A DNA stretch of 64,000 bases from Escherichia coli (GTDB lineage Bacteria > Pseudomonadota > Gammaproteobacteria > Enterobacterales > Enterobacteriaceae). The stretch lies in NCBI RefSeq assembly GCF_003019035.1, contig NZ_CP027447.1; one strand, given 5' to 3'. A model generated the notes under the pieces. It was not told the origin of the DNA and ran no database searches. It saw only the letters and a list, made by a program, of their open reading frames with translations. Every line of letters starts with the position of its first letter. The first letter of the stretch is position 1. Shown piece by piece: positions 32,829-43,651 of the stretch. The translations under genes and the position numbers were made by a program.

Positions 32829-33233
32829 TTATTTCGCCAACACCGCTGCTGCCGCTTTCGCGACCTGCGCATCCTGTGCTCCGGTTAAACCAGAAACGCC
32901 CACGGCACCAATAATTTGCCCATCCACAACAACCGGTACGCCACCTTCCAGCGACGTCAGTAACGGCGCAGTCACGAACGCGGTACGTCCGTTGTTCACC
33001 ATCTCTTCATAGCCCTTAGTTTCACGACGCCCCAGCGCGGCGGTACGCGCTTTCTCCTGGGAGATGTAAGCCGCAATCGGCGCGCAATCGTCCATGCGAC
33101 TTAACGCCAGCAGATGACCGCCGTCATCGGCAACAGCAATGGAAACAGACCAGTTGTTTTTCTGCGCCTCTTCCTGACCTGCGGCAATAATTGCACTCGC
33201 CATTTGCTGGCTAAGAATGACTTTAGTTTTCAT
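32829..33233 (-). CDS. glcG: GlcG protein (heme-binding/DUF336 family)
   Basis: Start set at MKTKVILSQQMA (134 aa). Confidence 0.85.
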   Translation of the reverse strand: MKTKVILSQQMASAIIAAGQEEAQKNNWSVSIAVADDGGHLLALSRMDDCAPIAAYISQEKARTAALGRRETKGYEEMVNNGRTAFVTAPLLTSLEGGVPVVVDGQIIGAVGVSGLTGAQDAQVAKAAAAVLAK

Positions 33234-33237
33234 TTTG

Positions 33238-34461
33238 TTATTCCTTTTCAAGGGCTTGTTCTACAATTTCAATCCAGTGACGCACAGAGGTACGACCGGC
33301 GCTCGCCAGATGCGTCTGGCAACCAATGTTGGCGGTGACGATCATTTCCGGTTTGCCGCTTTCCAGCGCATTCATTTTGTTATCCCGCAGCTGGCGCGCC
33401 AGATCGGGATGCGTTAACGCATATGTTCCCGCCGACCCGCAGCACAGATGGCTGTCGGGAACGTCCGTTAAGGTAAATCCAAGACGAAGCAACACTTTTT
33501 CCACTTCGCCGTTCAGCTTTTGCGCATGTTGTAGGGTACACGGGCAGTGGAAGGCCAGTTTTTTATCGCCGCGAATTGCCAGTTTTTCCAGCGGTTCCTC
33601 GCGCAGAAGTTCGACTAAATCGACCGCCAGCTCACTGACCTGACGCGCTTTATCGGCATACAACGCATCGTTTTTCAGCATCTGCCCATACTCTTTGACA
33701 AACGCGCCACAACCGCTGGCGGTTTGCAAAATTGCCTCGGCACCTGCTTCAATCGCGGGCCACCAGGCATCAATATTATTGCGCGCCCGCGCCAGCCCTT
33801 TCTCTTGCGCATTAAGATGATAGTCCACCGCGCCACAACAGCCTGCTTCGTTAGCTGGCATGACGCTGATCCCCAGACGATCCAGCACTCGCGCAGTTGC
33901 CGCGTTGGTGTTGGGCGAAAGCGTAGGCTGGGCGCAGCCTTCCAGCATTAAAACCCGACGCTTATGGCGCAGCGGTGGACGCGGTTTAGCTTTCACGGTT
34001 TCAGCAGGCAGTTTTGCTCTGACCTGTTCCGGTAAAAACGGTCGCAGCACCAGCCCTACCTGCGTCAGCGCACGGAAGACCGCCGGACGCGGCACTACCT
34101 GGCGCAATCCTTCGCGCAGCATTCGCTCCGGCAGTGGGCGTTTCACTTTCTGCTCGACAATATCACGCCCGATATCCAGCAAATTGTGATAGCGCACACC
34201 AGAAGGACAGGTGGTTTCACAATTACGGCAAGTGAGACAGCGATCGAGATGTTCCTGCGTTTTAAGCGTGACGTCGTTGCCTTCCAGCACCTGTTTAATC
34301 AGATAGATGCGCCCGCGCGGCCCGTCCAGTTCATCGCCCAGAAGCTGATAGGTTGGGCAGGTTGCGGTACAAAATCCGCAGTGAACACAGGCGCGCAGGA
34401 TGCTGTCGGCTTCCAGCGCGCGCGCGTTCTGCCGCATCTCTTCAGTTAATTGGGTTTGCAT
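33238..34461 (-). CDS. glcF: Glycolate oxidase iron-sulfur subunit
   Basis: Two CxxCxxCxxxCP ferredoxin motifs; start set at MQTQLTEE (407 aa). Confidence 0.9.
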   Translation of the reverse strand: MQTQLTEEMRQNARALEADSILRACVHCGFCTATCPTYQLLGDELDGPRGRIYLIKQVLEGNDVTLKTQEHLDRCLTCRNCETTCPSGVRYHNLLDIGRDIVEQKVKRPLPERMLREGLRQVVPRPAVFRALTQVGLVLRPFLPEQVRAKLPAETVKAKPRPPLRHKRRVLMLEGCAQPTLSPNTNAATARVLDRLGISVMPANEAGCCGAVDYHLNAQEKGLARARNNIDAWWPAIEAGAEAILQTASGCGAFVKEYGQMLKNDALYADKARQVSELAVDLVELLREEPLEKLAIRGDKKLAFHCPCTLQHAQKLNGEVEKVLLRLGFTLTDVPDSHLCCGSAGTYALTHPDLARQLRDNKMNALESGKPEMIVTANIGCQTHLASAGRTSVRHWIEIVEQALEKE

Positions 34462-34471
34462 AGCCTGCTCC

Positions 34472-35524
34472 TCAAAGTTCCGCGTACATGCGACCGGGGT
34501 TAAACACGCCGCAAGGGTCGAGCTGCTGTTTAAGCTGCTGGTGATAGCGGAATAAAGGAGCCGGTAGCGGGGCAAAGCCACCATCTCCGGCACTAAAGCG
34601 GGTCGCATGACCGCCCGCGTTGCGGGCGATGCGATGGATTTGATTGTCATCGGCTGTCGATTTCAGCCAGCGTAGCGCCCCGCCCCAGTCGATCAGTTGC
34701 TCGCCGGGTAAATCTATCATCGGCGCATCGCTGGGTAAGGAAATGCGCCATAAGGTACCTGGTAACGAGAAGAACGGCAGTTGTTGTTCACGCAATTGCT
34801 GCCAGAACTGACCCGCAACCTCTTCGCCCCCCAGCAGTTCACGCGCTGCTTTTACCGATCCTTCGCCGCCCTCAAGGCGGATCCACAACGCATTGTCGAA
34901 GTAACATAAGCCACTAATGGGTAATGGCTGGAGTTGCCACTGGGCGATTTCATTCATGGCTTCTTGCAGGCTGATTTCCCGACGCAGGCTCAGGGAGGCG
35001 CGCGGTCGCGGTAACACTTTCATCGAGATTTCAGTGAGCACGCCAAGACAACCGTAGCTTCCGGCCATTAACCGTGAGAGATCGTATCCGGCAACGTTTT
35101 TCATCACTTCACCACCAAAACGCAGATGTTTTCCAGTGCCGGTAATGATGCGCGTGCCGAGGACAAAATCGCGGACCGAACCGCTCCACGGGCGACGCGG
35201 CCCCGCCAGCCCGCAGGCGACCATCCCGCCCCAGGTGGCTTCTTCACCATAATGTGGCGGCTCGCAGGGGAGCATTTGCCCGGCGCTCTCCAGCGCCGCT
35301 TCAATCGCCACCAGCGGCGTTCCGGCACGAGCGGTTATCACCAGCTCGGTCGGGTCGTAATTAACAATGCCGCGATGACAACGCACATCCAGCGTTTGCC
35401 CGGTGACAGGACGACCTAAAAAGGCTTTGCTATTGCTGCCCTGAATCACCAGCGGCGTTTTATCGCTAATCGCCTGATTCACCTGCTCCAGCAGCGCCTG
35501 GCTGTAATCACACTCGCGTAGCAT
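34472..35524 (-). CDS. glcE: Glycolate oxidase FAD-binding subunit
   Basis: 350 aa FAD-binding PCMH-type protein. Confidence 0.9.
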   Translation of the reverse strand: MLRECDYSQALLEQVNQAISDKTPLVIQGSNSKAFLGRPVTGQTLDVRCHRGIVNYDPTELVITARAGTPLVAIEAALESAGQMLPCEPPHYGEEATWGGMVACGLAGPRRPWSGSVRDFVLGTRIITGTGKHLRFGGEVMKNVAGYDLSRLMAGSYGCLGVLTEISMKVLPRPRASLSLRREISLQEAMNEIAQWQLQPLPISGLCYFDNALWIRLEGGEGSVKAARELLGGEEVAGQFWQQLREQQLPFFSLPGTLWRISLPSDAPMIDLPGEQLIDWGGALRWLKSTADDNQIHRIARNAGGHATRFSAGDGGFAPLPAPLFRYHQQLKQQLDPCGVFNPGRMYAEL

Positions 35525-37023
35525 CAGAAACGCTCCAGTTCAGGGAAAGGTAAATGACCGTGATGCACATGCATGGCACCAAATTCAGCACAGCGGTGTA
35601 GCGTGGGAATGTTTTTCCCAGGGTTCAGCAAACCATCGGGGTCAAACGCCGCCTTGACCGCATGGAAGGTCGTGATTTCATCGCTGTTGAACTGGGCGCA
35701 CATTTGATTGATTTTTTCGCGCCCAATGCCATGTTCCCCACTGATGCTGCCGCCAACTTCAACGCAAAGTTCGAGGATCTTCCCGCCCAGCTCTTCCGCG
35801 CGGGCAAATTCACCGGGTTCGTTGGCATCGAAAAGGATTAACGGGTGCATGTTGCCGTCTCCGGCATGAAAGACGTTGGCAACGCGTAAATCATATTGCT
35901 GCGATAAACGGGCAATGCCTTCCAGTACGCCAGGCAGCGCGCGGCGTGGGATGGTGCCATCCATACAGTAGTAATCCGGGGAAATGCGCCCCACTGCCGG
36001 GAATGCGTTCTTGCGGCCGGCCCAGAAACGTACGCGCTCTGCTTCGTCCTGTGCCAGACGGACGTCAGTCGCGCCCGCTTTCAACAAGATGTCGTTAACC
36101 CGCTCGCAGTCTTCCTGTACGTCAGACTCCACGCCGTCCAGCTCGCACAATAAAATCGCTTCGGCATCGACGGGATAACCGGCATGTATAAAATCTTCCG
36201 CCGCGCGGATCGACAGGTTATCCATCATCTCCAGCCCGCCGGGGATAATGCCATTGGCGATGATGTCACCAACCGCAAGTCCGGCTTTTTCTACCGAGTC
36301 AAAGCTGGCTAACAGCACCCGCGCCACGGGCGGCTTCGGCAGCAGTTTTACCGTCACTTCGGTGGTCACGCCGAGCATACCTTCCGATCCGGTAAACAGC
36401 GCCAGCAGGTCAAAACCAGGCGAATCCAGCGCGTCCGATCCCAGCGTCAGCGCCTCGCCATCCAGCGTTTGCACTTCAATTTTCAGCAGGTTATGTACGG
36501 TTAGACCATATTTCAGGCAGTGAACGCCACCGGCATTTTCCGCCACATTGCCGCCAATCGAACAGGCGATTTGTGAGGACGGATCCGGCGCGTAATAGAG
36601 ATTATGCGGCGCAACGGCCTGGGAGATCGCCAGGTTACGCACGCCCGGCTGCACGCGCGCACGGCGACCAACGGGGTTAATGTCGAGGATCTCTTTAAAG
36701 CGCGCCATCACCAACAACACACCTTTTTCCAGCGGCAGCGCGCCACCAGAAAGCCCGGTGCCTGCGCCACGGGTCACCACCGGCACACGCAGGCGGTGGC
36801 AGACAGCCAGAATCGCCGTCACCTGTTCCATCTGCTTAGGCAGAACAACCAGTAATGGACGCGTGCGATACGCGCTCAACCCGTCACACTCGTAAGGAAT
36901 GATCTCCTCATCGGTATGCAGGATCTCCAGTCCAGGGACATGCTCACGCAGTGCCATCAGTACCGATGTGCGGTCGACATCGGGTAAAGCGCCATCAAGA
37001 CGCTCTTCGTACAAGATGCTCAT
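35524..37023 (-). CDS. glcD: Glycolate oxidase subunit GlcD (FAD-linked oxidase)
   Basis: 499 aa; first gene of the operon, divergent from glcC. Confidence 0.9.
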   Translation of the reverse strand: MSILYEERLDGALPDVDRTSVLMALREHVPGLEILHTDEEIIPYECDGLSAYRTRPLLVVLPKQMEQVTAILAVCHRLRVPVVTRGAGTGLSGGALPLEKGVLLVMARFKEILDINPVGRRARVQPGVRNLAISQAVAPHNLYYAPDPSSQIACSIGGNVAENAGGVHCLKYGLTVHNLLKIEVQTLDGEALTLGSDALDSPGFDLLALFTGSEGMLGVTTEVTVKLLPKPPVARVLLASFDSVEKAGLAVGDIIANGIIPGGLEMMDNLSIRAAEDFIHAGYPVDAEAILLCELDGVESDVQEDCERVNDILLKAGATDVRLAQDEAERVRFWAGRKNAFPAVGRISPDYYCMDGTIPRRALPGVLEGIARLSQQYDLRVANVFHAGDGNMHPLILFDANEPGEFARAEELGGKILELCVEVGGSISGEHGIGREKINQMCAQFNSDEITTFHAVKAAFDPDGLLNPGKNIPTLHRCAEFGAMHVHHGHLPFPELERF

Positions 37024-37273
37024 GAGTAGGCTTCGCTTTGTTGTGTTGTGTGGCAGCTGATTTTTGCGCGCTGCTTCTGTGAACAGTTATTAAGCGGGCT
37101 TTTCGTTTTCGTCTATCTCTTTAGCTACCGGTCAGACCATTTTTTTTCCAGCTCTGTGACCTTGTCTTGGTTAACTTAATGTTAAATTGATGTAACATAA
37201 TCACTTACGTGATGTGCGTGTTTTGCGAGTTAAGAACAGAAAAATTGGTCCTACCTGTGCACGAGGTCCGGGA
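37024..37273. promoter_or_regulatory. Divergent glcD/glcC promoter region
   Basis: 250-bp intergenic region between divergent starts; individual binding sites not resolved. Confidence 0.5.
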
Positions 37274-38038
37274 ATGAAAGATGAACGTCGCCCTATTTGC
37301 GAAGTGGTTGCAGAGAGTATCGAACGGTTAATTATCGACGGCGTACTGAAGGTCGGTCAGCCGCTTCCCTCGGAACGTCGACTGTGTGAAAAGCTCGGCT
37401 TCTCACGCTCCGCACTGCGTGAAGGGCTGACCGTGCTGCGCGGGCGCGGGATTATTGAAACGGCGCAGGGTCGCGATTCTCGTGTCGCACGGCTTAATCG
37501 GGTGCAGGACACCAGCCCGCTGATCCATCTGTTCAGTACGCAGCCGCGAACGCTGTACGATCTGCTCGACGTTCGCGCATTACTGGAGGGCGAATCGGCA
37601 AGGCTGGCGGCAACGCTGGGAACCCAGGCTGATTTTGTTGTGATAACCCGCTGTTATGAAAAAATGCTCGCCGCCAGTGAGAACAACAAAGAGATTTCGC
37701 TGATCGAACATGCGCAGTTGGATCACGCTTTCCATCTCGCCATTTGTCAGGCTTCTCACAATCAGGTGCTGGAGTTTACGCTGCAATCATTGACCGACCT
37801 GATGTTTAATTCGGTGTTTGCCAGCGTAAATAATCTCTACCATCGACCACAGCAAAAAAAGCAGATCGATCGCCAGCATGCGCGGATCTACAACGCGGTG
37901 TTGCAGCGGCTGCCGCACGTCGCCCAGCGCGCAGCACGCGATCATGTGCGGACCGTGAAAAAGAATCTCCACGATATCGAGCTGGAAGGCCACCATTTGA
38001 TTCGCTCGGCGGTGCCGCTGGAGATGAAGCAGGGGTGA
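37274..38038 (+). CDS. glcC: GntR/FadR-family transcriptional activator of the glc operon
   Basis: Start set at MKDERRPICEVVAESIERLI (254 aa); winged-helix N-terminus. Confidence 0.9.
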   Translation: MKDERRPICEVVAESIERLIIDGVLKVGQPLPSERRLCEKLGFSRSALREGLTVLRGRGIIETAQGRDSRVARLNRVQDTSPLIHLFSTQPRTLYDLLDVRALLEGESARLAATLGTQADFVVITRCYEKMLAASENNKEISLIEHAQLDHAFHLAICQASHNQVLEFTLQSLTDLMFNSVFASVNNLYHRPQQKKQIDRQHARIYNAVLQRLPHVAQRAARDHVRTVKKNLHDIELEGHHLIRSAVPLEMKQG

Positions 38039-38044
38039 CTGCCA

Positions 38045-39187
38045 TCAAATCTGCTTTTCATACAATCGGTAACGCTTGTACGGCTCCGCCCCAATGCGTT
38101 CCAGCATGTTATTCATGCCTGTATTGGTTTCGAGGATCCATGACATCTCCAGCGCATCGATCTTCCGGCGGGCAAACGGATCGCGTAAGGCTTCAATCAA
38201 TAACAACGCAATCACCGGGCCGATGCGGCTGAACTGATACTCGTCCCGCACGCCCATCAGCGGTACTCGCGCAGTTCGCACACCGCTGACTTTTAAACGC
38301 CACAGCAATTTTGCCCAGCCGAAGGGAAAGAGCGATCCGTTCAGATCGGCAATCGCCTCGTTGATGTTTGGCAAGCCGACAATAAACGCGCAGGGTGCAG
38401 AATCAATCTCAGCGATGTAGATCATATCGTCCGGCACCAGATATTTAAGTTGGTCGCCCATGGTCGCGAATTCATGTTCGGTAAACGGCACAAATCCCCA
38501 GTTGTGCTGCCAGCCAGAATTGAAAATCTCACGCAGGATCTGCATCTCTTCGGCAAACCGCTGGCGATTGATGCAGCGAATGGTCACCTTCTTACGCACC
38601 TGATCCATCAGTTTTTTTAGCGCCGGAGAGAAAGTGAGATCGGTTCGCTGCATCCACCACGCCAGTAAATCAATGCCTTTGTGATAACCCAATTGTTCAA
38701 TATGCGCGGCATACCACGGTTTACCGTGCGGCATCATCGCACAGGGTGGTGTATCGAAACCTTCAATCAGTAATCCGCTTTCCTGATTGATATTCAGGCT
38801 GAAAGGCCCGCTGATCTTACTTGCACCTTGTGACTTCAACCACGCTTCCGCTGCGCCAAACAACGCGGCAAAAACCTGCGGATCATCAATGGCGTCAATC
38901 ATGCCGAAATGACCGGTATCTTTGCCGTAACGCTCGCGGTGCAAGGTATCTATTTGCGCGGTAATACGCCCAACTATCTGCCCCGCTTTTTTTGCCACCC
39001 ACGCCTGCCAGATGATATGGTCCGTCCCCGGATTTTTCGCAGACAAATGCTCGTTGCGTTCAATGAATAAAGGGGGTATCCAGTTTGGATCGTCGGGATA
39101 AAGTGATGACGGAAAAGCGATAAATGCCTTAAGGTCATTTTTATTAATTACTTTTTCAATTTTAATCATCAGCAGATCGCATTCCAT
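38045..39187 (-). CDS. yghO: YghO-like GNAT-fold N-acyltransferase (uncharacterised); candidate lipid N-acyltransferase
   Basis: 380-aa intact ORF convergent with glcC and divergent from the FAAL operon; symbol assigned by synteny. Confidence 0.7.
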   Translation of the reverse strand: MECDLLMIKIEKVINKNDLKAFIAFPSSLYPDDPNWIPPLFIERNEHLSAKNPGTDHIIWQAWVAKKAGQIVGRITAQIDTLHRERYGKDTGHFGMIDAIDDPQVFAALFGAAEAWLKSQGASKISGPFSLNINQESGLLIEGFDTPPCAMMPHGKPWYAAHIEQLGYHKGIDLLAWWMQRTDLTFSPALKKLMDQVRKKVTIRCINRQRFAEEMQILREIFNSGWQHNWGFVPFTEHEFATMGDQLKYLVPDDMIYIAEIDSAPCAFIVGLPNINEAIADLNGSLFPFGWAKLLWRLKVSGVRTARVPLMGVRDEYQFSRIGPVIALLLIEALRDPFARRKIDALEMSWILETNTGMNNMLERIGAEPYKRYRLYEKQI

Positions 39188-39557
39188 AGTTCTGTGGGTA
39201 ACAAATAATTAACGGTGACAAACAGGTTGCAACAGCAACGAACGGCACCTTAATAATCAACCCAATGAATACAAACGACGAATAAATAGTATTTATTAAT
39301 GATTACGATAAGGTCAGAGACTACACAGAAGCGCCACAATGCCTTTTGTCGATTTAAGGCGACCGGACAAGGCTCCTTCTTAATATATTCATAAATTAAA
39401 TATCATTCACAATAAAAACAAAAAACTCAAATTCATTATTTAAATCAATGTTCATTTTCACACTGATGAAAATACTATCTCATTTATCTTTTATGCCTAT
39501 ATAATCCACCGCATTATTGTCATTTTATTTTTGATATCCAATTTTTTCGTGGTGTAT

Positions 39558-41282
39558 ATGTCTAATAAAATCTTTACGCATTCCCTACCTATGCGCTATG
39601 CCGATTTTCCAACGCTGGTTGATGCTTTGGACTATGCCGCTCTGAGTAGCGCTGGAATGAATTTTTATGACAGACGTTGCCAACTTGAAGATCAACTGGA
39701 ATATCAGACGTTAAAAGCGCGTGCCGAAGCTGGTGCGAAGCGGTTGTTATCGCTGAACCTGAAAAAAGGCGATCGCGTGGCACTGATTGCCGAAACCAGT
39801 AGCGGGTTCGTAGAGGCTTTTTTTGCCTGCCAGTATGCCGGCTTAGTCGCCGTCCCGTTGGCGATTCCCATGGGCGTCGGTCAGCGGGATTCCTGGAGCG
39901 CCAAGCTGCAGGGTTTACTGGCAAGTTGCCAGCCCGCAGCCATTATCACTGGTGATGAGTGGTTGCCACTGGTCAATGCCGCGACGCATAACAACAACCC
40001 CGAATTACATGTTTTAAGCCACGCCTGGTTTAAGGCATTACCGGAAGCCGATGTTGCGCTCCAGCGTCCAGTTCCGAACGATATCGCCTACCTCCAGTAC
40101 ACCTCCGGCAGCACCCGTTTTCCCCGTGGCGTCATTATCACCCATCGCGAAGTGATGGCTAATCTACGTGCTATAAGCCACGATGGCATAAAATTACGCC
40201 CTGGCGACCGCTGCGTCTCCTGGCTGCCTTTCTACCATGATATGGGACTGGTCGGCTTTCTCCTGACCCCCGTCGCCACGCAGCTTTCAGTAGATTATTT
40301 GCGCACTCAGGATTTTGCCATGCGTCCTCTGCAATGGCTTAAATTGATCAGTAAAAATCGCGGCACCGTTTCCGTTGCGCCGCCGTTTGGCTATGAATTG
40401 TGCCAGCGCCGCGTGAATGAAAAAGATCTCGCTGAACTGGATCTTTCCTGCTGGCGCGTCGCTGGTATTGGTGCAGAACCCATCTCCGCAGAACAACTCC
40501 ATCAATTCGCTGAATGTTTCCGTCAGGTCAACTTTGACGATAAAACTTTCATGCCGTGCTACGGACTGGCAGAAAATGCGCTGGCTGTCAGCTTCTCTGA
40601 TGAAGCTTCCGGGGTTGTGGTTAACGAAGTGGATCGCGACATCCTCGAATATCAGGGCAAAGCCGTCGCGCCGGATGCTGAAACACGCGCCGTATCGACT
40701 TTCGTCAACTGCGGTAAAGCGTTGCCGGAACATGGCATTGAAATCCGCAATGAAGCAGGTATACCTGTCGCGGAACGTGTGGTAGGCCATATTTGCATCT
40801 CCGGCCCTAGCCTGATGAGCGGTTACTTTGGCGACCAGATTTCACAAGACGAGATTGCCGCGACGGGCTGGTTAGACACCGGCGACCTCGGTTATCTGCT
40901 GGACGGTTATCTGTATGTCACCGGACGCATTAAAGATCTGATTATTATTCGTGGCCGTAATATCTGGCCGCAGGATATTGAATATATTGCGGAACAGGAA
41001 CCGGAAATTCATTCTGGCGATGCGATTGCTTTTGTTACCGCCCAGGAAAAAATCATTTTGCAGATCCAGTGTCGGATCAGCGATGAAGAACGTCGCGGGC
41101 AGCTTATCCACGCGCTGGCAGCACGGATCCAAAGCGAATTTGGTGTGACCGCGGCTATCGATCTGTTGCCGCCCCACAGTATTCCCCGAACGTCCTCCGG
41201 CAAGCCTGCCCGTGCGGAAGCGAAAAAACGTTATCAGAAGGCTTATGCTGCAAGCCTTCATGTGCAGGAATCCCTGGCATGA
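39558..41282 (+). CDS. Fatty acyl-AMP ligase / acyl-CoA (acyl-ACP) synthetase family protein
   Basis: AMP-binding motifs YTSGSTRFPRGV and GYGLAENA-like YGLAENALAV; start uncertain (TTG 39531, ATG 39558 or ATG 39591). Confidence 0.8.
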   Translation: MSNKIFTHSLPMRYADFPTLVDALDYAALSSAGMNFYDRRCQLEDQLEYQTLKARAEAGAKRLLSLNLKKGDRVALIAETSSGFVEAFFACQYAGLVAVPLAIPMGVGQRDSWSAKLQGLLASCQPAAIITGDEWLPLVNAATHNNNPELHVLSHAWFKALPEADVALQRPVPNDIAYLQYTSGSTRFPRGVIITHREVMANLRAISHDGIKLRPGDRCVSWLPFYHDMGLVGFLLTPVATQLSVDYLRTQDFAMRPLQWLKLISKNRGTVSVAPPFGYELCQRRVNEKDLAELDLSCWRVAGIGAEPISAEQLHQFAECFRQVNFDDKTFMPCYGLAENALAVSFSDEASGVVVNEVDRDILEYQGKAVAPDAETRAVSTFVNCGKALPEHGIEIRNEAGIPVAERVVGHICISGPSLMSGYFGDQISQDEIAATGWLDTGDLGYLLDGYLYVTGRIKDLIIIRGRNIWPQDIEYIAEQEPEIHSGDAIAFVTAQEKIILQIQCRISDEERRGQLIHALAARIQSEFGVTAAIDLLPPHSIPRTSSGKPARAEAKKRYQKAYAASLHVQESLA

Positions 41283-42193
41283 ATCAAACTGTCGCGGTGA
41301 CGGGCGCTACCGGGTTTATCGGTAAATATATTATCGATAACCTGCTCGCCCGCGGCTTTCACGTTCGCGCATTGACGCGTACTGCCCGTGCTCACGTCAA
41401 TGACAATCTCATCTGGGTGCGCGGTTCTCTGGAAGATACTCATTCACTTAGCGAACTGGTTGCCGGAGCCAGCGTGGTGGTCCATTGCGCCGGGCAAGTG
41501 CGCGGGCACAAAGAAGAGATTTTTACCCGCTGTAACGTTGACGGCAGCCTGCGACTGATGCAAGCGGCAAAAGAGAGCGGCTTTTGCCAACGTTTTCTGT
41601 TTATCTCTTCGCTGGCGGCGCGCCATCCCGAACTCTCCTGGTACGCAAATTCCAAACACGTCGCCGAACAACGGCTGACTGCAATGGCTGATGAAATTAC
41701 GCTGGGCGTTTTTCGCCCGACAGCCGTGTATGGTCCCGGCGATAAAGAGTTAAAACCGCTGTTTGACTGGATGCTGCGCGGCCTGCTGCCACGACTTGGT
41801 GCGCCAGATACACAACTCTCTTTCCTGCACGTCACCGATTTTGCGCAAGCAGTGGGTCAGTGGTTAAGCGCCGAAACTGTACAGACGCAAACCTATGAAT
41901 TATGCGATGGCGTCGCTGGCGGCTATGACTGGCAACGCGTACGACAGCTTGCCGCCGAAGCCCGTTGTGGTTCTGTGCAGATGGTTGGCATTCCTCTGCC
42001 GGTACTCACCTGCCTTGCGGATATCAGTACTGCGTTGAGTCGCCTGGCAGGTAAAGAACCTATGCTGACCCGCTCGAAAATTCGTGAATTAACCCACGCC
42101 GACTGGTCGGCAAATAATAACCGTATTTCTGAAGATATTAATTGGTTTCCCGGGATTAGCCTGGAACACGCATTACGCAACGGGCTATTTTGA
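41279..42193 (+). CDS. NAD(P)-dependent epimerase/dehydratase-family SDR (candidate keto-reductase)
   Basis: VTGATGFIGKYI Rossmann motif, YANSK catalytic YxxxK; ATGA start/stop overlap with upstream gene. Confidence 0.85.
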   Translation: MNQTVAVTGATGFIGKYIIDNLLARGFHVRALTRTARAHVNDNLIWVRGSLEDTHSLSELVAGASVVVHCAGQVRGHKEEIFTRCNVDGSLRLMQAAKESGFCQRFLFISSLAARHPELSWYANSKHVAEQRLTAMADEITLGVFRPTAVYGPGDKELKPLFDWMLRGLLPRLGAPDTQLSFLHVTDFAQAVGQWLSAETVQTQTYELCDGVAGGYDWQRVRQLAAEARCGSVQMVGIPLPVLTCLADISTALSRLAGKEPMLTRSKIRELTHADWSANNNRISEDINWFPGISLEHALRNGLF

Positions 42194-42224
42194 TTGTCTT
42201 GTTTAAAGGTGTGTTAACGTTTCT

Positions 42225-42473
42225 ATGGTAAATCGTGAAATAGTAATGGATTACATCCTTTCCTGTTTACAGGATTTGGTCGAAAACGGTGTGGAAATTA
42301 AGCCCAACAGCGATCTCGTCAACGATCTTGGCCTGGAGTCGATCAAAGTGATGGATCTCTTAATGATGCTGGAAGACAGATTCGATATTTCCATTCCTAT
42401 TAATATTCTGCTGGATGTCAAAACCCCTGTGCAATTAATGGAAACTCTACTTCCATGGCTGGAGAATAAATAA
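42225..42473 (+). CDS. Acyl carrier protein
   Basis: 82 aa; phosphopantetheine attachment motif DLGLESI; acidic helical protein. Confidence 0.85.
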   Translation: MVNREIVMDYILSCLQDLVENGVEIKPNSDLVNDLGLESIKVMDLLMMLEDRFDISIPINILLDVKTPVQLMETLLPWLENK

Positions 42474-43645
42474 TGGGGCTATACGATAAATATGCGCGCC
42501 TTGCTGGCGAGCGACTGCAATTTAGTGACAACGGGTTAACGCCGTTTGGTACCTGTATTGATGAAGTGTATTCCGCCACCGAAGGTCGGATCGGCAATAA
42601 AAAAGTGATTCTGGCCGGGACCAATAATTATCTCGGTTTAACCTTTAATCATGATGCCATCGCCGAAGGTCAGGCAGCGTTAGCGGCCCAAGGCACCGGC
42701 ACCACCGGTTCTCGTATGGCTAATGGCAGTTATGCGCCGCATCTGGCGTTAGAGAAAGAGATTGCCGAGTTTTTCAATCGCCCTACCGCTATCGTTTTTT
42801 CAACCGGTTATACCGCTAATTTAGGCGTCATCAGCGCACTTGCCGACCATAACGCCGTGGTGTTACTGGATGCCGACAGCCACGCCAGTATTTATGACGC
42901 CTGTTCTCTCGGTGGCGCGGAAATTATTCGTTTCCGCCATAACGATGCTAAAGATCTGGAACGGCGCATGGTTCGCCTCGGTGAACGGGCGAAAGAGGCG
43001 ATTATCATCGTTGAGGGCATCTACAGCATGCTCGGTGACGTTGCGCCGTTAGCGGAAATTGTTGATATCAAACGTCGTCTCGGTGGTTATTTGATTGTCG
43101 ATGAAGCGCATTCGTTTGGCGTGTTAGGCGCAACGGGGCGCGGACTGGCTGAAGCCGTTGGCGTTGAAGATGATGTGGATATTATCGTTGGTACTTTCAG
43201 TAAAAGTCTGGCCTCGATTGGCGGTTTTGCTGTCGGTTCGGAAGCGATGGAAGTGTTGCGCTACGGCAGCCGCCCGTATATTTTTACCGCCTCTCCTTCT
43301 CCGTCCTGCATTGCGACCGTGCGCTCGTCGTTAAGAACCATTGCCTCACAACCAGAGCTGCGGCAAAAGCTGATGGATAACGCCAACCATCTGTATGACG
43401 GTCTGCAAAAACTGGGTTATGAGTTAAGTTCACATATTAGCCCGGTAGTGCCGGTAATAATCGGTTCGAAAGAGGACGGTTTACGCATCTGGCGCGAGCT
43501 TATTTCGCTGGGCGTTTATGTGAATCTTATCCTGCCACCTGCCGCGCCTGCAGGCATCACTCTGCTGCGCTGTAGCGTAAACGCTGCCCACAGTCATGAG
43601 CAAATCGATGCCATCATTCAGGCATTTGCTACTCTGAAGCAGTAA
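42473..43645 (+). CDS. Alpha-oxoamine synthase (PLP-dependent; serine palmitoyltransferase / KBL / BioF family)
   Basis: 390 aa; GTNNYLGL, DEAHSFGVLG, GTFSKSLASIGG (PLP lysine); TAATG overlap with ACP gene. Confidence 0.85.
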   Translation: MGLYDKYARLAGERLQFSDNGLTPFGTCIDEVYSATEGRIGNKKVILAGTNNYLGLTFNHDAIAEGQAALAAQGTGTTGSRMANGSYAPHLALEKEIAEFFNRPTAIVFSTGYTANLGVISALADHNAVVLLDADSHASIYDACSLGGAEIIRFRHNDAKDLERRMVRLGERAKEAIIIVEGIYSMLGDVAPLAEIVDIKRRLGGYLIVDEAHSFGVLGATGRGLAEAVGVEDDVDIIVGTFSKSLASIGGFAVGSEAMEVLRYGSRPYIFTASPSPSCIATVRSSLRTIASQPELRQKLMDNANHLYDGLQKLGYELSSHISPVVPVIIGSKEDGLRIWRELISLGVYVNLILPPAAPAGITLLRCSVNAAHSHEQIDAIIQAFATLKQ

Positions 43646-43651
43646 TGTGAG